A stretch of 64,000 bases of DNA from Desulfomicrobium sp. (GCA_040768745.1 JAXGMI010000002.1:544001-608000), one strand, 5' to 3'. Counted from the stretch's first letter, positions 1 to 10,466 are shown. Notes: a model not told the origin generated them from the letters alone. Translations and numbers: made by a program.

Positions 1-745
1 CCCTGACCCGCCAGCCTGCCTCGGGAAAGGCGCTCCGGATGGATTCAGCCACCCGGGGAGCGCTGTTGTCAGGCAGACGCAGCAGGTACTCCACCCGGAA
101 AAGGCTGCCCGGCTGCATCAGGCCGGTATGGCGGAAGGCCTCTGCGCTGATCATCAGCCTGGGGCCGAGGCTGAAAAACTCCATGACCCGATCAGGTTCG
201 CGCTGGATAACCCCTCGCAATTGAATGCGCGTATCTCCGACGGCGAGCTCGTCACCGACCTGAATTCCCAACCGGGCCAGCAGGTCGGGATCTGCCACGG
301 CTCCAGGCAGGCCGTCAGCGACCGGGAGGAGGTCCTGCACATCGCCACCACCCTCCAGCTCTATGGTTCCGTACATGGGATAGAGCCGATCCACCCCCTT
401 CAGCTCCACCAGCACGGACTTTGGGTGGCCATTGGTGCCATTCCCTCCCCGGCCCATGGTTCTGGTGGAAAGTGTCTGCCCCAAAGTGCCCAGCGGTTGC
501 AGATATTCCGCCTCGGCATCGGTCAGATCCCGCGAAGTCAAGGCGATGCTGACGTCTCCTCCAAGAATGGCCTTGGCATCGGCGGCCAGGCCTGCCTCCA
601 GGGCTCGCCCCAGAGAACCCACGGCACTGATGGCCAGAACGCCCAGAAAAAGGCAGCCCAAAAAGACGCCAAAGCCCCGCAATCCGCTGCGGAGTTCCCG
701 CCGGCATAAGAGCAAGGCCAGCTTCCAATCCCGTATGCCCATCAT
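1..745 (-). CDS. ABC transporter permease (YbbP/FtsX-like), truncated by window edge
   Basis: Manual translation from 745: MMGIRDWKLALLLCRRELRSGLRGFGVFLGCLFLGVLAISAVGSLG...ILGGDV; start overlaps the stop of the upstream ABC ATPase. Confidence 0.85.
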   Translation of the reverse strand, partial: MMGIRDWKLALLLCRRELRSGLRGFGVFLGCLFLGVLAISAVGSLGRALEAGLAADAKAILGGDVSIALTSRDLTDAEAEYLQPLGTLGQTLSTRTMGRGGNGTNGHPKSVLVELKGVDRLYPMYGTIELEGGGDVQDLLPVADGLPGAVADPDLLARLGIQVGDELAVGDTRIQLRGVIQREPDRVMEFFSLGPRLMISAEAFRHTGLMQPGSLFRVEYLLRLPDNSAPRVAESIRSAFPEAGWRVR

Positions 746-1422
746 TCCTCCATCCGCTTCATGCGACCCGAGTGCATGGCTACCGTCCGCGAGCAGCGCC
801 CTGCCAGGGAACGGTCATGCGTGACCATGACCAAGGTCGTCTTCTCCTCGGTCTGCATGGCAAAAAGGAGGTCCATGACCCGCGCCCCGGTTTCCTCGTC
901 CAGGTTCCCGGTGGGCTCATCGGCGAGGATGATATTCGGTCGGGAGGCAAAGGCTCTGGCCAGGGCCACGCGCTGCTGTTCCCCGCCAGAGAGCTGGGCT
1001 GGATAGTGGTTGCGGCGGTGACCCAGGCCGACCTGCTCCAGGGCGTCCAAAGCCCTGACCCTGGCTTTCGGGTGGTGAGCGAATTCCAGGGGCAGGGCCG
1101 CATTTTCCAGTGCTGTCATGGTCGGAATGAGATGAAAGGCCTGGAAGACAATCCCCAGGTGCTCTCGCCGGAACCTGGCCAAGTCATCCTCGCCCAGGGA
1201 GGTCAGATCCTTGCCTGCCAGCTGCACAAGCCCTGCTGACGGACGCTCGAGCCCGGCCATAAGCATCAGCATGGTGGTCTTGCCCGAACCGGACGGCCCC
1301 ACCACGGCCAGGGTTTCACCCTGTTCCACCCGCAAACTGACCCCGCACAGAATGTTGACCGGCCCCGAGCCGGCGGTTAGCGTCAAATGAACATCATGCA
1401 GCACAACAGAGGGGACATTCAT
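742..1422 (-). CDS. ABC transporter ATP-binding protein (YbbA-like)
   Basis: Walker A GPSGSGKT, LSGGEQQR signature, ILADEPTGNLD; start placed at MNVPS (ORF open to 1515). Confidence 0.9.
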   Translation of the reverse strand: MNVPSVVLHDVHLTLTAGSGPVNILCGVSLRVEQGETLAVVGPSGSGKTTMLMLMAGLERPSAGLVQLAGKDLTSLGEDDLARFRREHLGIVFQAFHLIPTMTALENAALPLEFAHHPKARVRALDALEQVGLGHRRNHYPAQLSGGEQQRVALARAFASRPNIILADEPTGNLDEETGARVMDLLFAMQTEEKTTLVMVTHDRSLAGRCSRTVAMHSGRMKRMEE

Positions 1423-2062
1423 GTCATCCATCCTTATACGGGGCATGCGGTGGGTTGTTTTTGTATCAATGATCTGTCTGGCCCAGCCGGCCATGGGGGA
1501 ATCCACCGTGCACATACTCGCCTTCGGTGACAGTCTGACCGCAGGCTATGGTCTAGCCCCATCGGATTCTTTCGCGGCCAGGCTGGAACAACGCCTGCGT
1601 GAGAAGGGTCGAGCGGTGCGGGTCACCAATGCCGGCGTGTCCGGAGACACGACTGGCGGCGGTTTGGCCAGGCTACCCTGGTCCCTGGAGGACAAGCCTG
1701 ATCTGGTCATCTTGGAGTTGGGCGCCAACGATGGCCTGCGCGGCCTGGATCCAGAGCGGATGCGGGCCAACCTGGAGGCCATGATCGAATTGTGCCGCAA
1801 GGCCGATACCCGGGTCATACTGGCCGGGATGCGCGCTCCGGTCAATTGGGGTTTGCCCTACAAAAAACATTTCGATGCTGTTTTTCCGGATCTGGCCAGC
1901 AAATACGACCTCCCCTTGTACCCATTCTTTCTGGAGGGGGTGGTCGCAGACAATGCACTGGTCCTGGACGACGGCCTGCACCCCAACGCCAGAGGGGTGG
2001 AACGCATCGTGGACGGGATCGTACCTCTGATCGAGGCGGAGCTGGACAGCCTGCGCAGCTGA
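1421..2062 (+). CDS. tesA: Arylesterase / acyl-CoA thioesterase I (SGNH hydrolase)
   Basis: FGDSLTAGYG, NAGVSGDT, LELGANDG, DGLHPN blocks; signal peptide; divergent from ybbA. Confidence 0.9.
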   Translation: MSSILIRGMRWVVFVSMICLAQPAMGESTVHILAFGDSLTAGYGLAPSDSFAARLEQRLREKGRAVRVTNAGVSGDTTGGGLARLPWSLEDKPDLVILELGANDGLRGLDPERMRANLEAMIELCRKADTRVILAGMRAPVNWGLPYKKHFDAVFPDLASKYDLPLYPFFLEGVVADNALVLDDGLHPNARGVERIVDGIVPLIEAELDSLRS

Positions 2063-2231
2063 ACCAGACCCGGGCGCAGGCTGTTCTGACCCCAATCCAA
2101 GCGGGATTGCCAGGGCAACACTGCACTTCTGAGTTCCTCCTCAGGGCACAGGCAAGGGAAACAGCACCATCCTGGACGCAAAATGAAATGAACTGCCATC
2201 GCCAACATTCCCTTTATTTCCGGAGAGATCC

Positions 2232-2942
2232 ATGGCTTTGATGCCGATTCTTGCGCTGAGCATTTTCCTTGGTCTGTGGTACCTTTCCGCCCGGATCATG
2301 GAATCGACCCTGGACACGCTCTCCCGCCCCATGGACAAAATCGTCCCCCGCACGCATGTGCCCTCCGATGAGGACCTGCGCAGCCCCATGCGCCTGGTTG
2401 AAAACTGGGCGCACGAGCATGGATTCGAGGACGATGTCATGTTTGACTTTCGGATTCAGAACCACAACCCAGGCCTTTTCTGTCGGACCTGGAAAAACAT
2501 TCCTGAACGGACGTACCTCGTCTTCTATGCCGGCCTGGGCAAACAAATAGCCGAACTTGTCACCATCTACGACGACAAGACCGGGGTGACCACCACCAAC
2601 GCCACGGACGCCCACAACCTGCCGGCTGTGCCAGGTGCCTTCATCCAGGCGTTCCCTGGCCTCGGTCTGTCCGATCTCCACACCGCGCACCAGGAAGGCT
2701 GCCGCACCCTGGAGCGAAGGACCGGCTTGGCGCGGCAGGAGCGGGAAGAAGACACGCTGGACCTCATCACCCACTCCCTGACCCGCCAGGCCCGGTATGT
2801 CAGATCCATTCCCGGATGGCGTTGGAAAGGTCTGTGGTGGATTCTGATCCGCAAACGTTGGATGATAGGCAAGGACGTGGGCTGGCAGTTGGACCAGTTC
2901 GGCGTGTTCGAACCCGACCCACCCAAGGGAATCCTCCAGTAG
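2232..2942 (+). CDS. Hypothetical membrane-anchored protein
   Basis: 236 aa ORF, GGAG RBS, N-terminal hydrophobic helix, 3 bp upstream of rluA. Confidence 0.7.
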   Translation: MALMPILALSIFLGLWYLSARIMESTLDTLSRPMDKIVPRTHVPSDEDLRSPMRLVENWAHEHGFEDDVMFDFRIQNHNPGLFCRTWKNIPERTYLVFYAGLGKQIAELVTIYDDKTGVTTTNATDAHNLPAVPGAFIQAFPGLGLSDLHTAHQEGCRTLERRTGLARQEREEDTLDLITHSLTRQARYVRSIPGWRWKGLWWILIRKRWMIGKDVGWQLDQFGVFEPDPPKGILQ

Positions 2943-2945
2943 ACC

Positions 2946-3644
2946 ATGCCTCTCTCCCCCCTGCACTACACTCCGCCAACCGAGCCGTGGCTCGTCATCA
3001 TGTACGAAGACCGGGACATGGTCGTGGTGGACAAACCGAGCGGACTGCTGTCAGTTCCTGGACGAACGCCGGAACTCTGCGATTCCGTCCTGTCCCGGGT
3101 ACGCCTGACCTACATGCACGCCCAGGCTGTGCACCGACTGGACCTGGGCACCTCCGGCGTCCTGGTCGTCGCCACCCGGCGCAAGGCTGAGGCCACCCTG
3201 AGGCAGCAATTTCAGGACAGGCAGACCAGCAAAGTCTATCTCGCCATGGTACATGGGAGAATGGAAAGCGATGCGGGAACCATCGATCTGCCGCTGATCT
3301 GCGACTGGCCCAATCGACCCAGGCAAAAGGTTTGCCAGCGAACTGGGAAGCCTGCCCTGACCGAATATGAGGTCGTGGAACGGCATCCGGACTCGACCCT
3401 GGTCCGCCTCTGCCCCCGCACGGGCCGATCCCACCAGCTGCGGGTTCACTTGGCCAGTCTTGGCCACCCTATCCTGGGAGACAACCTCTACGGTCCGGAC
3501 CAGATCCAGGAAGGCTGCCGTCTGCTGCTGCATGCCAGCCAATTGGGTCTTTTCCACCCTTACAGCCGAACCTGGATGACCTTCCTCGCGGCCTGCCCTT
3601 TTGCGCCCCAGGCAGAACCGATTCCTCTTTTCCCGACAGAGTAG
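2946..3644 (+). CDS. rluA: RluA-family pseudouridine synthase
   Basis: VDKPSGLLSVPG, HRLDLGTSG catalytic motif, TGRSHQLRVH, GHPILGD. Confidence 0.92.
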   Translation: MPLSPLHYTPPTEPWLVIMYEDRDMVVVDKPSGLLSVPGRTPELCDSVLSRVRLTYMHAQAVHRLDLGTSGVLVVATRRKAEATLRQQFQDRQTSKVYLAMVHGRMESDAGTIDLPLICDWPNRPRQKVCQRTGKPALTEYEVVERHPDSTLVRLCPRTGRSHQLRVHLASLGHPILGDNLYGPDQIQEGCRLLLHASQLGLFHPYSRTWMTFLAACPFAPQAEPIPLFPTE

Positions 3645-4183
3645 CGTTGTCCGGCGTACAACAGATCCGCATCCCGTATTCTTCGAACGCCCTCTCCGCC
3701 CTGACCAGCGTGCGACGGTCCAGCCCTGCCTGTCCCCTCACCGGCATTTTGTTGATCAACGTCTGGAGGGATGGCCTGCGCCCCATGCAGAACACCCCGC
3801 GCAAGTTGTGTGCGTCAAGTTCAGCAAATTTTCCACGGCATGATGGGTAACCGCAAGCAGCTGGCGACCGAGAATGGGCTCACCCAAAGCTCGTCGGGGT
3901 CTCCAGATGCATTTTCCATTAACCAGCAAGTCCTTCAAGGCCTTCTTCATTTCTGTCAGCAGGCTCATATCCAGAGGTACCTATTTGCCTTGATCCAGTT
4001 CTCACGCGTCTCGACTGCAAGGGGCCCGATAAGGCGTAGGCAGCTATCCCCGAACGGCGGATGCGCTGTGACGGATGGGGTCCGTTGTCTGCATGCAGTC
4101 AGAAAACCCTATGAAAGAACATGGGTCGATTGAGCGGTTACGAGGATCGACTCCACGTAAATGCTTTCGACAGGGGACACGGC

Positions 4184-4212
4184 AAAAAAAAGGCGGCCCA
4201 GCAGGGCCGCCT
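4184..4212 (-). terminator. Rho-independent terminator of the vWA-OmpA gene
   Basis: AGGCGGCCC-agca-GGGCCGCCT stem preceded by an A-run on + (U-run on -). Confidence 0.8.
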
Positions 4213-4232
4213 AGTCGGGTTTGTTCTTTTCC

Positions 4233-5357
4233 TTATCTCTTCTCGTAGACACCCTTCAGCACGGCTTCGATCCGGCGGTTCTGGGCGCGGCCGGCATCGG
4301 TATCATTGCTGGCGATGGGCTTGCTCTCGCCGAAACCGACAGCGGTCAGCAACTTGCCGTTCATGCCAAGCTTGGAAACCAGATAGTCACGCACGCTGTT
4401 GGCACGGCGCTGGGACAGCTTCTGGTTGTAGGCATCGGTACCGACGGAATCGGTGTGTCCGTCAATTTCCACGGCCACGCCGGGATACTGCTTCATGAAC
4501 TCAGCAAAATCAGCCAATTCCTTGTGGTATTCAGGCTTGATGTTTGCCTTGTCGAAATCGAAGTGAACCTTGAGGGTCTTGACCAGAGGAATCGGGCAAC
4601 CGTTGGCGTCCACAGCCAGATCAGAGGCCGTTCCGGGGCACTTGTCGATGCAGTTGTTCACCCCGTCCTTATCGTCGTCAAAAGAGCAGGGATCAGCCTT
4701 GGCTTCGTCGTAGAAAACGTCCTTCACGAACTTCTTGAGGGCAGCGTCATCGGCCAACTGGGCCGCGGAAGCGCCGACACCACAGCCAGGCTTGATGGCG
4801 GTGATCTTGTCGAGCAGGGCCTGATTGCCATCTACGGAATCGGCAAAGCTGATGGTATGGAAGCAGACACCATATTTTTTCGACAGGTCAGCAGCAACCT
4901 TCAGGGTATCCACACCCTCGTTTTCCTGGCCATCCGAGACGATGATGACGGCGTTACGTCCGGTCATACCTTTCAGGGCAGGCTCAAGGCTGGCCAGGCC
5001 GGGACCAAGAGGAGTCGGGTTGGAGCCGATCTCTGTGGGGATCTTGGCGATAGCTGCACCATATGAAGCGGCCTTATACGGTTCCACCTTTTTGAGTTCT
5101 GCGGGATATGCGGCCAGATTCAGCCCCCCGGCGTAGCCCAGTTCAAGCAGATTCTTGTTGATCCGCTCCATGATGGATTTGGCCAGAGCAATTTTTGTCT
5201 GTTTCGTGCCAACATACTTGTCAGCCATGGACCCGGATCTGTCTACCAGAAAAATGAAATTATCGACCTTTCGCACATAGTTCTCTGCGGCCAGTGCCGT
5301 TGAGGCCGCAAACATCACCAGCAACAGGCTCAACACCAATACTCTGTTCATTTTCAT
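4233..5357 (-). CDS. Secreted vWA-domain + OmpA C-terminal domain protein
   Basis: Signal peptide; MIDAS DRSGS and IIVSDG; DDDKDGV..DKCP Ca-binding repeat; FDFDKA, GHTDSVG, LSQRRA, NRRIE OmpA motifs. Confidence 0.9.
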   Translation of the reverse strand: MKMNRVLVLSLLLVMFAASTALAAENYVRKVDNFIFLVDRSGSMADKYVGTKQTKIALAKSIMERINKNLLELGYAGGLNLAAYPAELKKVEPYKAASYGAAIAKIPTEIGSNPTPLGPGLASLEPALKGMTGRNAVIIVSDGQENEGVDTLKVAADLSKKYGVCFHTISFADSVDGNQALLDKITAIKPGCGVGASAAQLADDAALKKFVKDVFYDEAKADPCSFDDDKDGVNNCIDKCPGTASDLAVDANGCPIPLVKTLKVHFDFDKANIKPEYHKELADFAEFMKQYPGVAVEIDGHTDSVGTDAYNQKLSQRRANSVRDYLVSKLGMNGKLLTAVGFGESKPIASNDTDAGRAQNRRIEAVLKGVYEKR

Positions 5358-5539
5358 ACGTTCGACTCCTCTTTGTTGATATTTTTAGACCGGAAAAAAC
5401 TATTCGAAAAAACGTGCAGTTAATTTTTACGCTCATCATACCTTTTTGTCAAAGCGTTAAAATCCATGTCATTCATATTAATCGGCAGGTCAACTGAAGA
5501 GATATTGACCTGAGGTCATTAGGATATGAGAATGAAAAA

Positions 5540-6778
5540 ATGAAGTCGTCCAATACCCGCGATGGAAGTAATTTTCAATCAATTATTCTGCATGTCGATA
5601 TGGATGCTTTTTTTGCGTCCATAGAGCAAGCCGACAATCCAGATCTGCGCGGCAAACCGGTTGTCATCGGTCAATCCTTGCGGGGCGTTGCCTCGGCAGC
5701 CTCGTATGAGGCCAGACGATATGGAATCCACTCGGCCATGCCCATTGTCCAAGCCAGAAAACTTTGCCCGCATGCCGTGTTTCTGCCTGGCCGCATGGCC
5801 CGGTACAAAGAAGTGTCGCACCAGATCATGGGCATCATCCACTCTTTGTGTCCTGTCGTCGAACAGGCGTCAGTAGACGAGGCCTACGCTGACATAACCG
5901 GCACAGGCCGCATTTCTGGCCCCCCGGAGGTATTGGCCCGCCGCCTGAAAGAAAAAATTTCGACGGGCACAGGACTGACATGTTCCGTGGGCATTGCCCC
6001 GAACAAATTTCTGGCCAAGATCGCCTCGGACTGGAACAAACCTGACGGACTGACAGTCATCCTGCCAGAGGAGGTGCCCTCATTCCTTTCCAGGCTGCCC
6101 CTGTCCAAAATTCCAGGAGTTGGTCATCGTACGCTGGAGGAACTGTCACGGCTGGGAGTGACGGTTGTTTCCGACATTCTGAGGCATCCCCGCCAATTCT
6201 GGATCGATCGTTTTGGCAAACGCGGCCTTTTTCTCCATGACCGGGCCCTGGGCATTGACCACAGTCCCGTGGAACCGGAAGGTGACTCCAAGTCCTGCAG
6301 TGCAGAAAATACGTTCAGCCAGGACACGTTGGATCCGGAAATTCTCAAGCGATGGCTGCTGATCCAAGCTGAACGCGTGGGTCGGAAACTTCGCTCCACG
6401 CGCAAAAAGGGCACATGCATTTCCCTCAAGTTGAAGTTCAACGATTTTGCCGTGCTGACCAAAGCCGTATCACTGCACGAACCGACACATCGGACCCGCG
6501 ACATCTTCAATGCCACCTGCGCCCTGCTTGCTGAGCAACGCCTGGTCAAGCCTGTGCGACTCATCGGCACATGTGTGTCGAACTTCCGGGCCGAACAACA
6601 CCGGTTGCCCCTTTTTCCGGATGCGGAAAGTGCCAAACAGGACCTCCTGGACCAGGCCATAGACCAAATCCGGGACAGGTTCGGATCCCGGAGCATCCTC
6701 CGCGCAGAGGCAGCAGCAACGCCGGAATCCGTTCAGGACCTGCTGTCCAAGAAAAACTGCAAATCCGGCGGGAAATAA
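5540..6778 (+). CDS. dinB: DNA polymerase IV
   Basis: HVDMDAFFASIE, AASYEAR, SVDEAY, CSVGIAPNKFLAKIASD. Confidence 0.95.
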   Translation: MKSSNTRDGSNFQSIILHVDMDAFFASIEQADNPDLRGKPVVIGQSLRGVASAASYEARRYGIHSAMPIVQARKLCPHAVFLPGRMARYKEVSHQIMGIIHSLCPVVEQASVDEAYADITGTGRISGPPEVLARRLKEKISTGTGLTCSVGIAPNKFLAKIASDWNKPDGLTVILPEEVPSFLSRLPLSKIPGVGHRTLEELSRLGVTVVSDILRHPRQFWIDRFGKRGLFLHDRALGIDHSPVEPEGDSKSCSAENTFSQDTLDPEILKRWLLIQAERVGRKLRSTRKKGTCISLKLKFNDFAVLTKAVSLHEPTHRTRDIFNATCALLAEQRLVKPVRLIGTCVSNFRAEQHRLPLFPDAESAKQDLLDQAIDQIRDRFGSRSILRAEAAATPESVQDLLSKKNCKSGGK

Positions 6779-7055
6779 TGCTTGCCAAAGAAAATTTTTC
6801 TTGTTTGGAAGCCCCCAGCCGTATTTCAAGCAGAAAGAACCCCGTATGCATTTCCGCATCGTCCCGCGGGTATTCCCACTGATCGGACCGGATGCCTGCG
6901 TGCAGCCCGGCTTCCCCCTGCATGGTTCAGGACGCGCATGCTCGTCGGAGTGGAAGTCCGGTCCGGAGATCGGCTTGCAGAAGGCTCTCCTGACGGATCT
7001 GCTTGATTTTTCTATTTTCCGGACTGGAACCGTTCTCACTACAGAGGATTTCTTC

Positions 7056-7220
7056 ATGGAACTGCTCAAAGACCGCTATAAACGGGAGTTTGTTGAGGTT
7101 GCCTGCCCAAAATGCAAGCAAGCCAGGATCATCTGCCTGCCCGAAGAGGAACTCCCGATCTGCGAATTCTGCAACGTGCGCATGGTCATCAAGGAAATCC
7201 TGACCGAGGGCAAATACTGA
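7056..7220 (+). CDS. Small zinc-ribbon protein (54 aa, two CxxC)
   Basis: GAGGA RBS before ATG 7056; CPKC...CEFC. Confidence 0.7.
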   Translation: MELLKDRYKREFVEVACPKCKQARIICLPEEELPICEFCNVRMVIKEILTEGKY

Positions 7221-7257
7221 ACCCCGGCATTTTTACGTAACCTTTTGAGGAGGAATT

Positions 7258-8079
7258 ATGCGCTTTGTCTTCAGATGTGTATTGGCATTGTTTGTGGCCG
7301 TCTGCGTGGCAGCACAGAGTTTTGCTGCGGATCACGATTTGGCCCAGAAGTCCACGTTGAATGAAATTCTGAAACGCAAGGAACTGCGCGTCGGATTGGA
7401 CGCCGGGTACATGCCCTTTGAGATGACGAATAAAAAAGGGGAAATCGTTGGATTTGACGTGGACGTCGCCAAGGAAATGGCCAAGGCCATGGGCGTCAAG
7501 CTCAAGATCGTCAATACCGACTTCGATGGCATCATCCCCGCGTTGATGGCTGACAAGTTCGACATCATCGTCAGCGGAATGACCGTGAACCAGGAGCGCA
7601 ATCTCCAGATCAATTTCGCTGATCCCTACATCGTCATCGGTCAGGCAATTCTCCTGAATAAAAAGCATGAAGGGACGATCTCGTCCTACAAGGACTTGAA
7701 CGATCCCAAATATGTCGTCGTGTCCCGCATTGGCACCACCGGCGAGCAGGCAACAAAGCGTATGATCCCCAAAGCCCAGTACAAGAGTTTTGAAAAAGAG
7801 GCTGATGGAGCCATGGAAGTCGCCAATGGCCAGGGAGACGCATTCATCTACGACCTGCCCTTCTGCGCCGTTTTCATGGCCCAGCAAGGCGGCAAGAACC
7901 TGGTCCTGCTGGACAAGGTCTTTACCTACGAGCCACTGGGTTTCGGGGTCAAAAAAGGTGATCCAGACTTCCTGAACTGGCTGGACAACTTCCTCGCCCA
8001 GATCAAGGCCGACGGCCGATACGACCGCATCTACGACAAGTGGATCAAGGGAACGGAGTGGCTCAAGGAAGTTCAATAG
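7258..8079 (+). CDS. Polar amino acid ABC transporter substrate-binding protein
   Basis: Signal peptide; YMPFE, GFDVDVA, FDGIIPAL..KFDII SBP family 3 motifs; GAGGAGG RBS. Confidence 0.92.
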   Translation: MRFVFRCVLALFVAVCVAAQSFAADHDLAQKSTLNEILKRKELRVGLDAGYMPFEMTNKKGEIVGFDVDVAKEMAKAMGVKLKIVNTDFDGIIPALMADKFDIIVSGMTVNQERNLQINFADPYIVIGQAILLNKKHEGTISSYKDLNDPKYVVVSRIGTTGEQATKRMIPKAQYKSFEKEADGAMEVANGQGDAFIYDLPFCAVFMAQQGGKNLVLLDKVFTYEPLGFGVKKGDPDFLNWLDNFLAQIKADGRYDRIYDKWIKGTEWLKEVQ

Positions 8080-8150
8080 ACCCAGAAGTTGCGGAATCCT
8101 GCCGGCATGCTGGATTCAGCACTGTATGATTTCCCGCAACAGGACACACA

Positions 8151-9155
8151 ATGGCCGCGCATACCTCTCTTGATGGGCCCAAAAGCGCCTTCTACTATCG
8201 ATTCTGGATCATCGTCTTTTCCCTGGGCGTCTTCGCCCTCCTGGCCACCCTCTATATTGCAACGAAAAAAGTGGAGTATACGTGGCGGTGGAACCGGGTG
8301 CCCCAATATTTCCTTTACGAGGAAAAAGTGGACATCCGGGCCGAAATGGAAGGAGAAATAGGGACGATCGAGACCCATGGTCAGGATGTGCGCGTGCTCA
8401 TCAGGGGGGGAGACGGCGAAGAAGCCCACATCCTGCCCAAGACTTCGCTCATTCTGGGCCAGGGAGACTACGTCTACCCCGGCGACATCGTCGGATCCTT
8501 CACGCATCTGAAGCCCGGCATCCTGGTCGAAGGGCTGCTGCTCACCCTGGAAGTCAGCTTCCTGGCCATCATTTTCGGCATCGTCCTGGGGCTTTTCGCC
8601 GGCCTGGCCCGCATCTCGAAAAATCCGGCCCTGCGCTGGGGGGCCATCACCTATATCGAATTGATTCGCGGCTCCCCCCTGCTGGTGCAGATTTTTCTAT
8701 GGTACTTTGTCGTCGGCACGGTGATCAACACCATGCTCTCACAATACGGAATGGGGCAGATCTCCCCCCTCTGGTTCGGAGTCATGGCCCTGGCCATCTT
8801 CACTGGCGCCTACACCGCCGAAATCGTCCGCGCCGGAATCCAGTCCGTGCATCGCGGCCAGATGGAAGCAGCCAGATCCCTGGGCATGAGCTACCCCCAG
8901 GCCATGTGCAAGGTCATTCTGCCCCAGGCCTTCAGACGCATCCTGCCACCCCTGGCCGGTCAATTCATCAGTCTGGTCAAAGACTCCTCTTTGTTGGGCG
9001 TCATTTCCATCCGCGAACTGACCAAGGCCTCACGGGAAGTCGTGACATCTTCCCTGCAGCCTTTCGAGATCTGGATCGTCTGCGCCATCCTGTATCTGGT
9101 TCTGACCTTTGCGCTGTCCATGTTCGTGCAATATCTCGAACGCAAGGCCATCTGA
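8151..9155 (+). CDS. Amino acid ABC transporter permease
   Basis: [37 protein letters not shown] loop. Confidence 0.92.
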   Translation: MAAHTSLDGPKSAFYYRFWIIVFSLGVFALLATLYIATKKVEYTWRWNRVPQYFLYEEKVDIRAEMEGEIGTIETHGQDVRVLIRGGDGEEAHILPKTSLILGQGDYVYPGDIVGSFTHLKPGILVEGLLLTLEVSFLAIIFGIVLGLFAGLARISKNPALRWGAITYIELIRGSPLLVQIFLWYFVVGTVINTMLSQYGMGQISPLWFGVMALAIFTGAYTAEIVRAGIQSVHRGQMEAARSLGMSYPQAMCKVILPQAFRRILPPLAGQFISLVKDSSLLGVISIRELTKASREVVTSSLQPFEIWIVCAILYLVLTFALSMFVQYLERKAI

Positions 9156-9162
9156 GGACATC

Positions 9163-9909
9163 ATGCACCCAACCCCCATCATCGACGTCCAGCACATCGA
9201 CAAATTCTATTACACCCCCGCCCGGCTGCAGGCCCTGAACCGCGTGTCCTGCGCCGTGGCCACCGGCGAGGTTGTGGTCATCATCGGGCCCTCTGGCTCC
9301 GGAAAATCGACCTTCCTGCGCTGCCTGAACCGGCTCGAGTACGCCGACTCCGGCCACATCATCATCGACGGCGTAGACATTCTCGACCCCAAGTGCGATA
9401 TCAACGCTGTCCGGGCAGAAGTGGGCATGGTCTTCCAATCATTCAATCTCTTTCCGCACAAGACCGTGCTGGACAACCTGACCATGGCCCAGATGACTGT
9501 GCGCCGCCGCTCCAGGCGTGAAGCCGAGGCAAAAGCCATGGCCCTGCTGGAAAAAGTGGGCATCGCGGACAAGTTCGCAGTCAAGCCGGACCAGCTTTCC
9601 GGGGGCCAGCAGCAGCGCGTGGCCATTGCCCGCTCCCTGGCCATGGACCCCAAGATCATGCTCTTCGACGAACCCACTTCCGCCCTGGACCCGGAAATGG
9701 TCGGCGAAGTCCTGGATGTCATGAAAAATCTTGCGCGCGAAGGCATGACCATGGTCGTGGTCACTCACGAAATGGGCTTTGCCCGCGAGGTGGCGGACCG
9801 GGTGCTGTTTATGGACAAGGGGGAAATCCTGGAACAGGGCGAACCGGATCACTTCTTCACCGCTCCCTCGCACGAACGGACCAGGGAGTTTCTGGGACAG
9901 ATTCTGTGA
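9163..9909 (+). CDS. Amino acid ABC transporter ATP-binding protein (GlnQ-like)
   Basis: [35 protein letters not shown]. Confidence 0.93.
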   Translation: MHPTPIIDVQHIDKFYYTPARLQALNRVSCAVATGEVVVIIGPSGSGKSTFLRCLNRLEYADSGHIIIDGVDILDPKCDINAVRAEVGMVFQSFNLFPHKTVLDNLTMAQMTVRRRSRREAEAKAMALLEKVGIADKFAVKPDQLSGGQQQRVAIARSLAMDPKIMLFDEPTSALDPEMVGEVLDVMKNLAREGMTMVVVTHEMGFAREVADRVLFMDKGEILEQGEPDHFFTAPSHERTREFLGQIL

Positions 9910-9938
9910 CCTTTCAACCCAAACCATGAGGGAAATCC

Positions 9939-10403
9939 ATGAGCAAGGCATTGCAGAACCAGCTCGCGAAAACCATCAAAGACCAGGGAGACATGGCCAG
10001 GGACATGGCCATCGCGGAACTTAAGGATCTGAAAAAAGACCTCCTGGAACTGGAAAAAGCTCTTGCCGCCAAGCAGACCCCGGACCAAGCCAAACTCATG
10101 GATATCACCCACGGTGCCTTCGAACTCTTCCGCACCACATCCATCGTCCTTGAGACGGACAACCTGCTGATTCAGCTCCAGCATGCCGTCGAGGAAGGAA
10201 AGGATCTCGAATATCTCGAAAAAAAAGGAGCCATGCTGCTGACAAAACCCGAAGGCTGGCACTGGTTCACACCCAAGGGCGAAATGCTCTTCCTGGCCAA
10301 TCCGGGAGAAACGCGCCTGGCAGCCCAAAAACTTTACGAACGATTGACCCGCAAGGTCCCGTCCAAGCCAACTGCGAAACAGGACGAAGCCAGCTCCACC
10401 TAG
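9939..10403 (+). CDS. Hypothetical protein
   Basis: 154 aa ORF with GAGGG RBS and genome-typical codon usage. Confidence 0.7.
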   Translation: MSKALQNQLAKTIKDQGDMARDMAIAELKDLKKDLLELEKALAAKQTPDQAKLMDITHGAFELFRTTSIVLETDNLLIQLQHAVEEGKDLEYLEKKGAMLLTKPEGWHWFTPKGEMLFLANPGETRLAAQKLYERLTRKVPSKPTAKQDEASST

Positions 10404-10466
10404 CTCTTTTCGGCTTCGCCCTGCGCTGCAGGCGAATTTCTGCTGCGCGCTTGCCAGACTGCCCGT

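Noticed and set aside
7056..7220. Possible selenoprotein
   Set aside because: All four ligands are Cys codons and the TGA follows a natural-looking C-terminus; no support for read-through.
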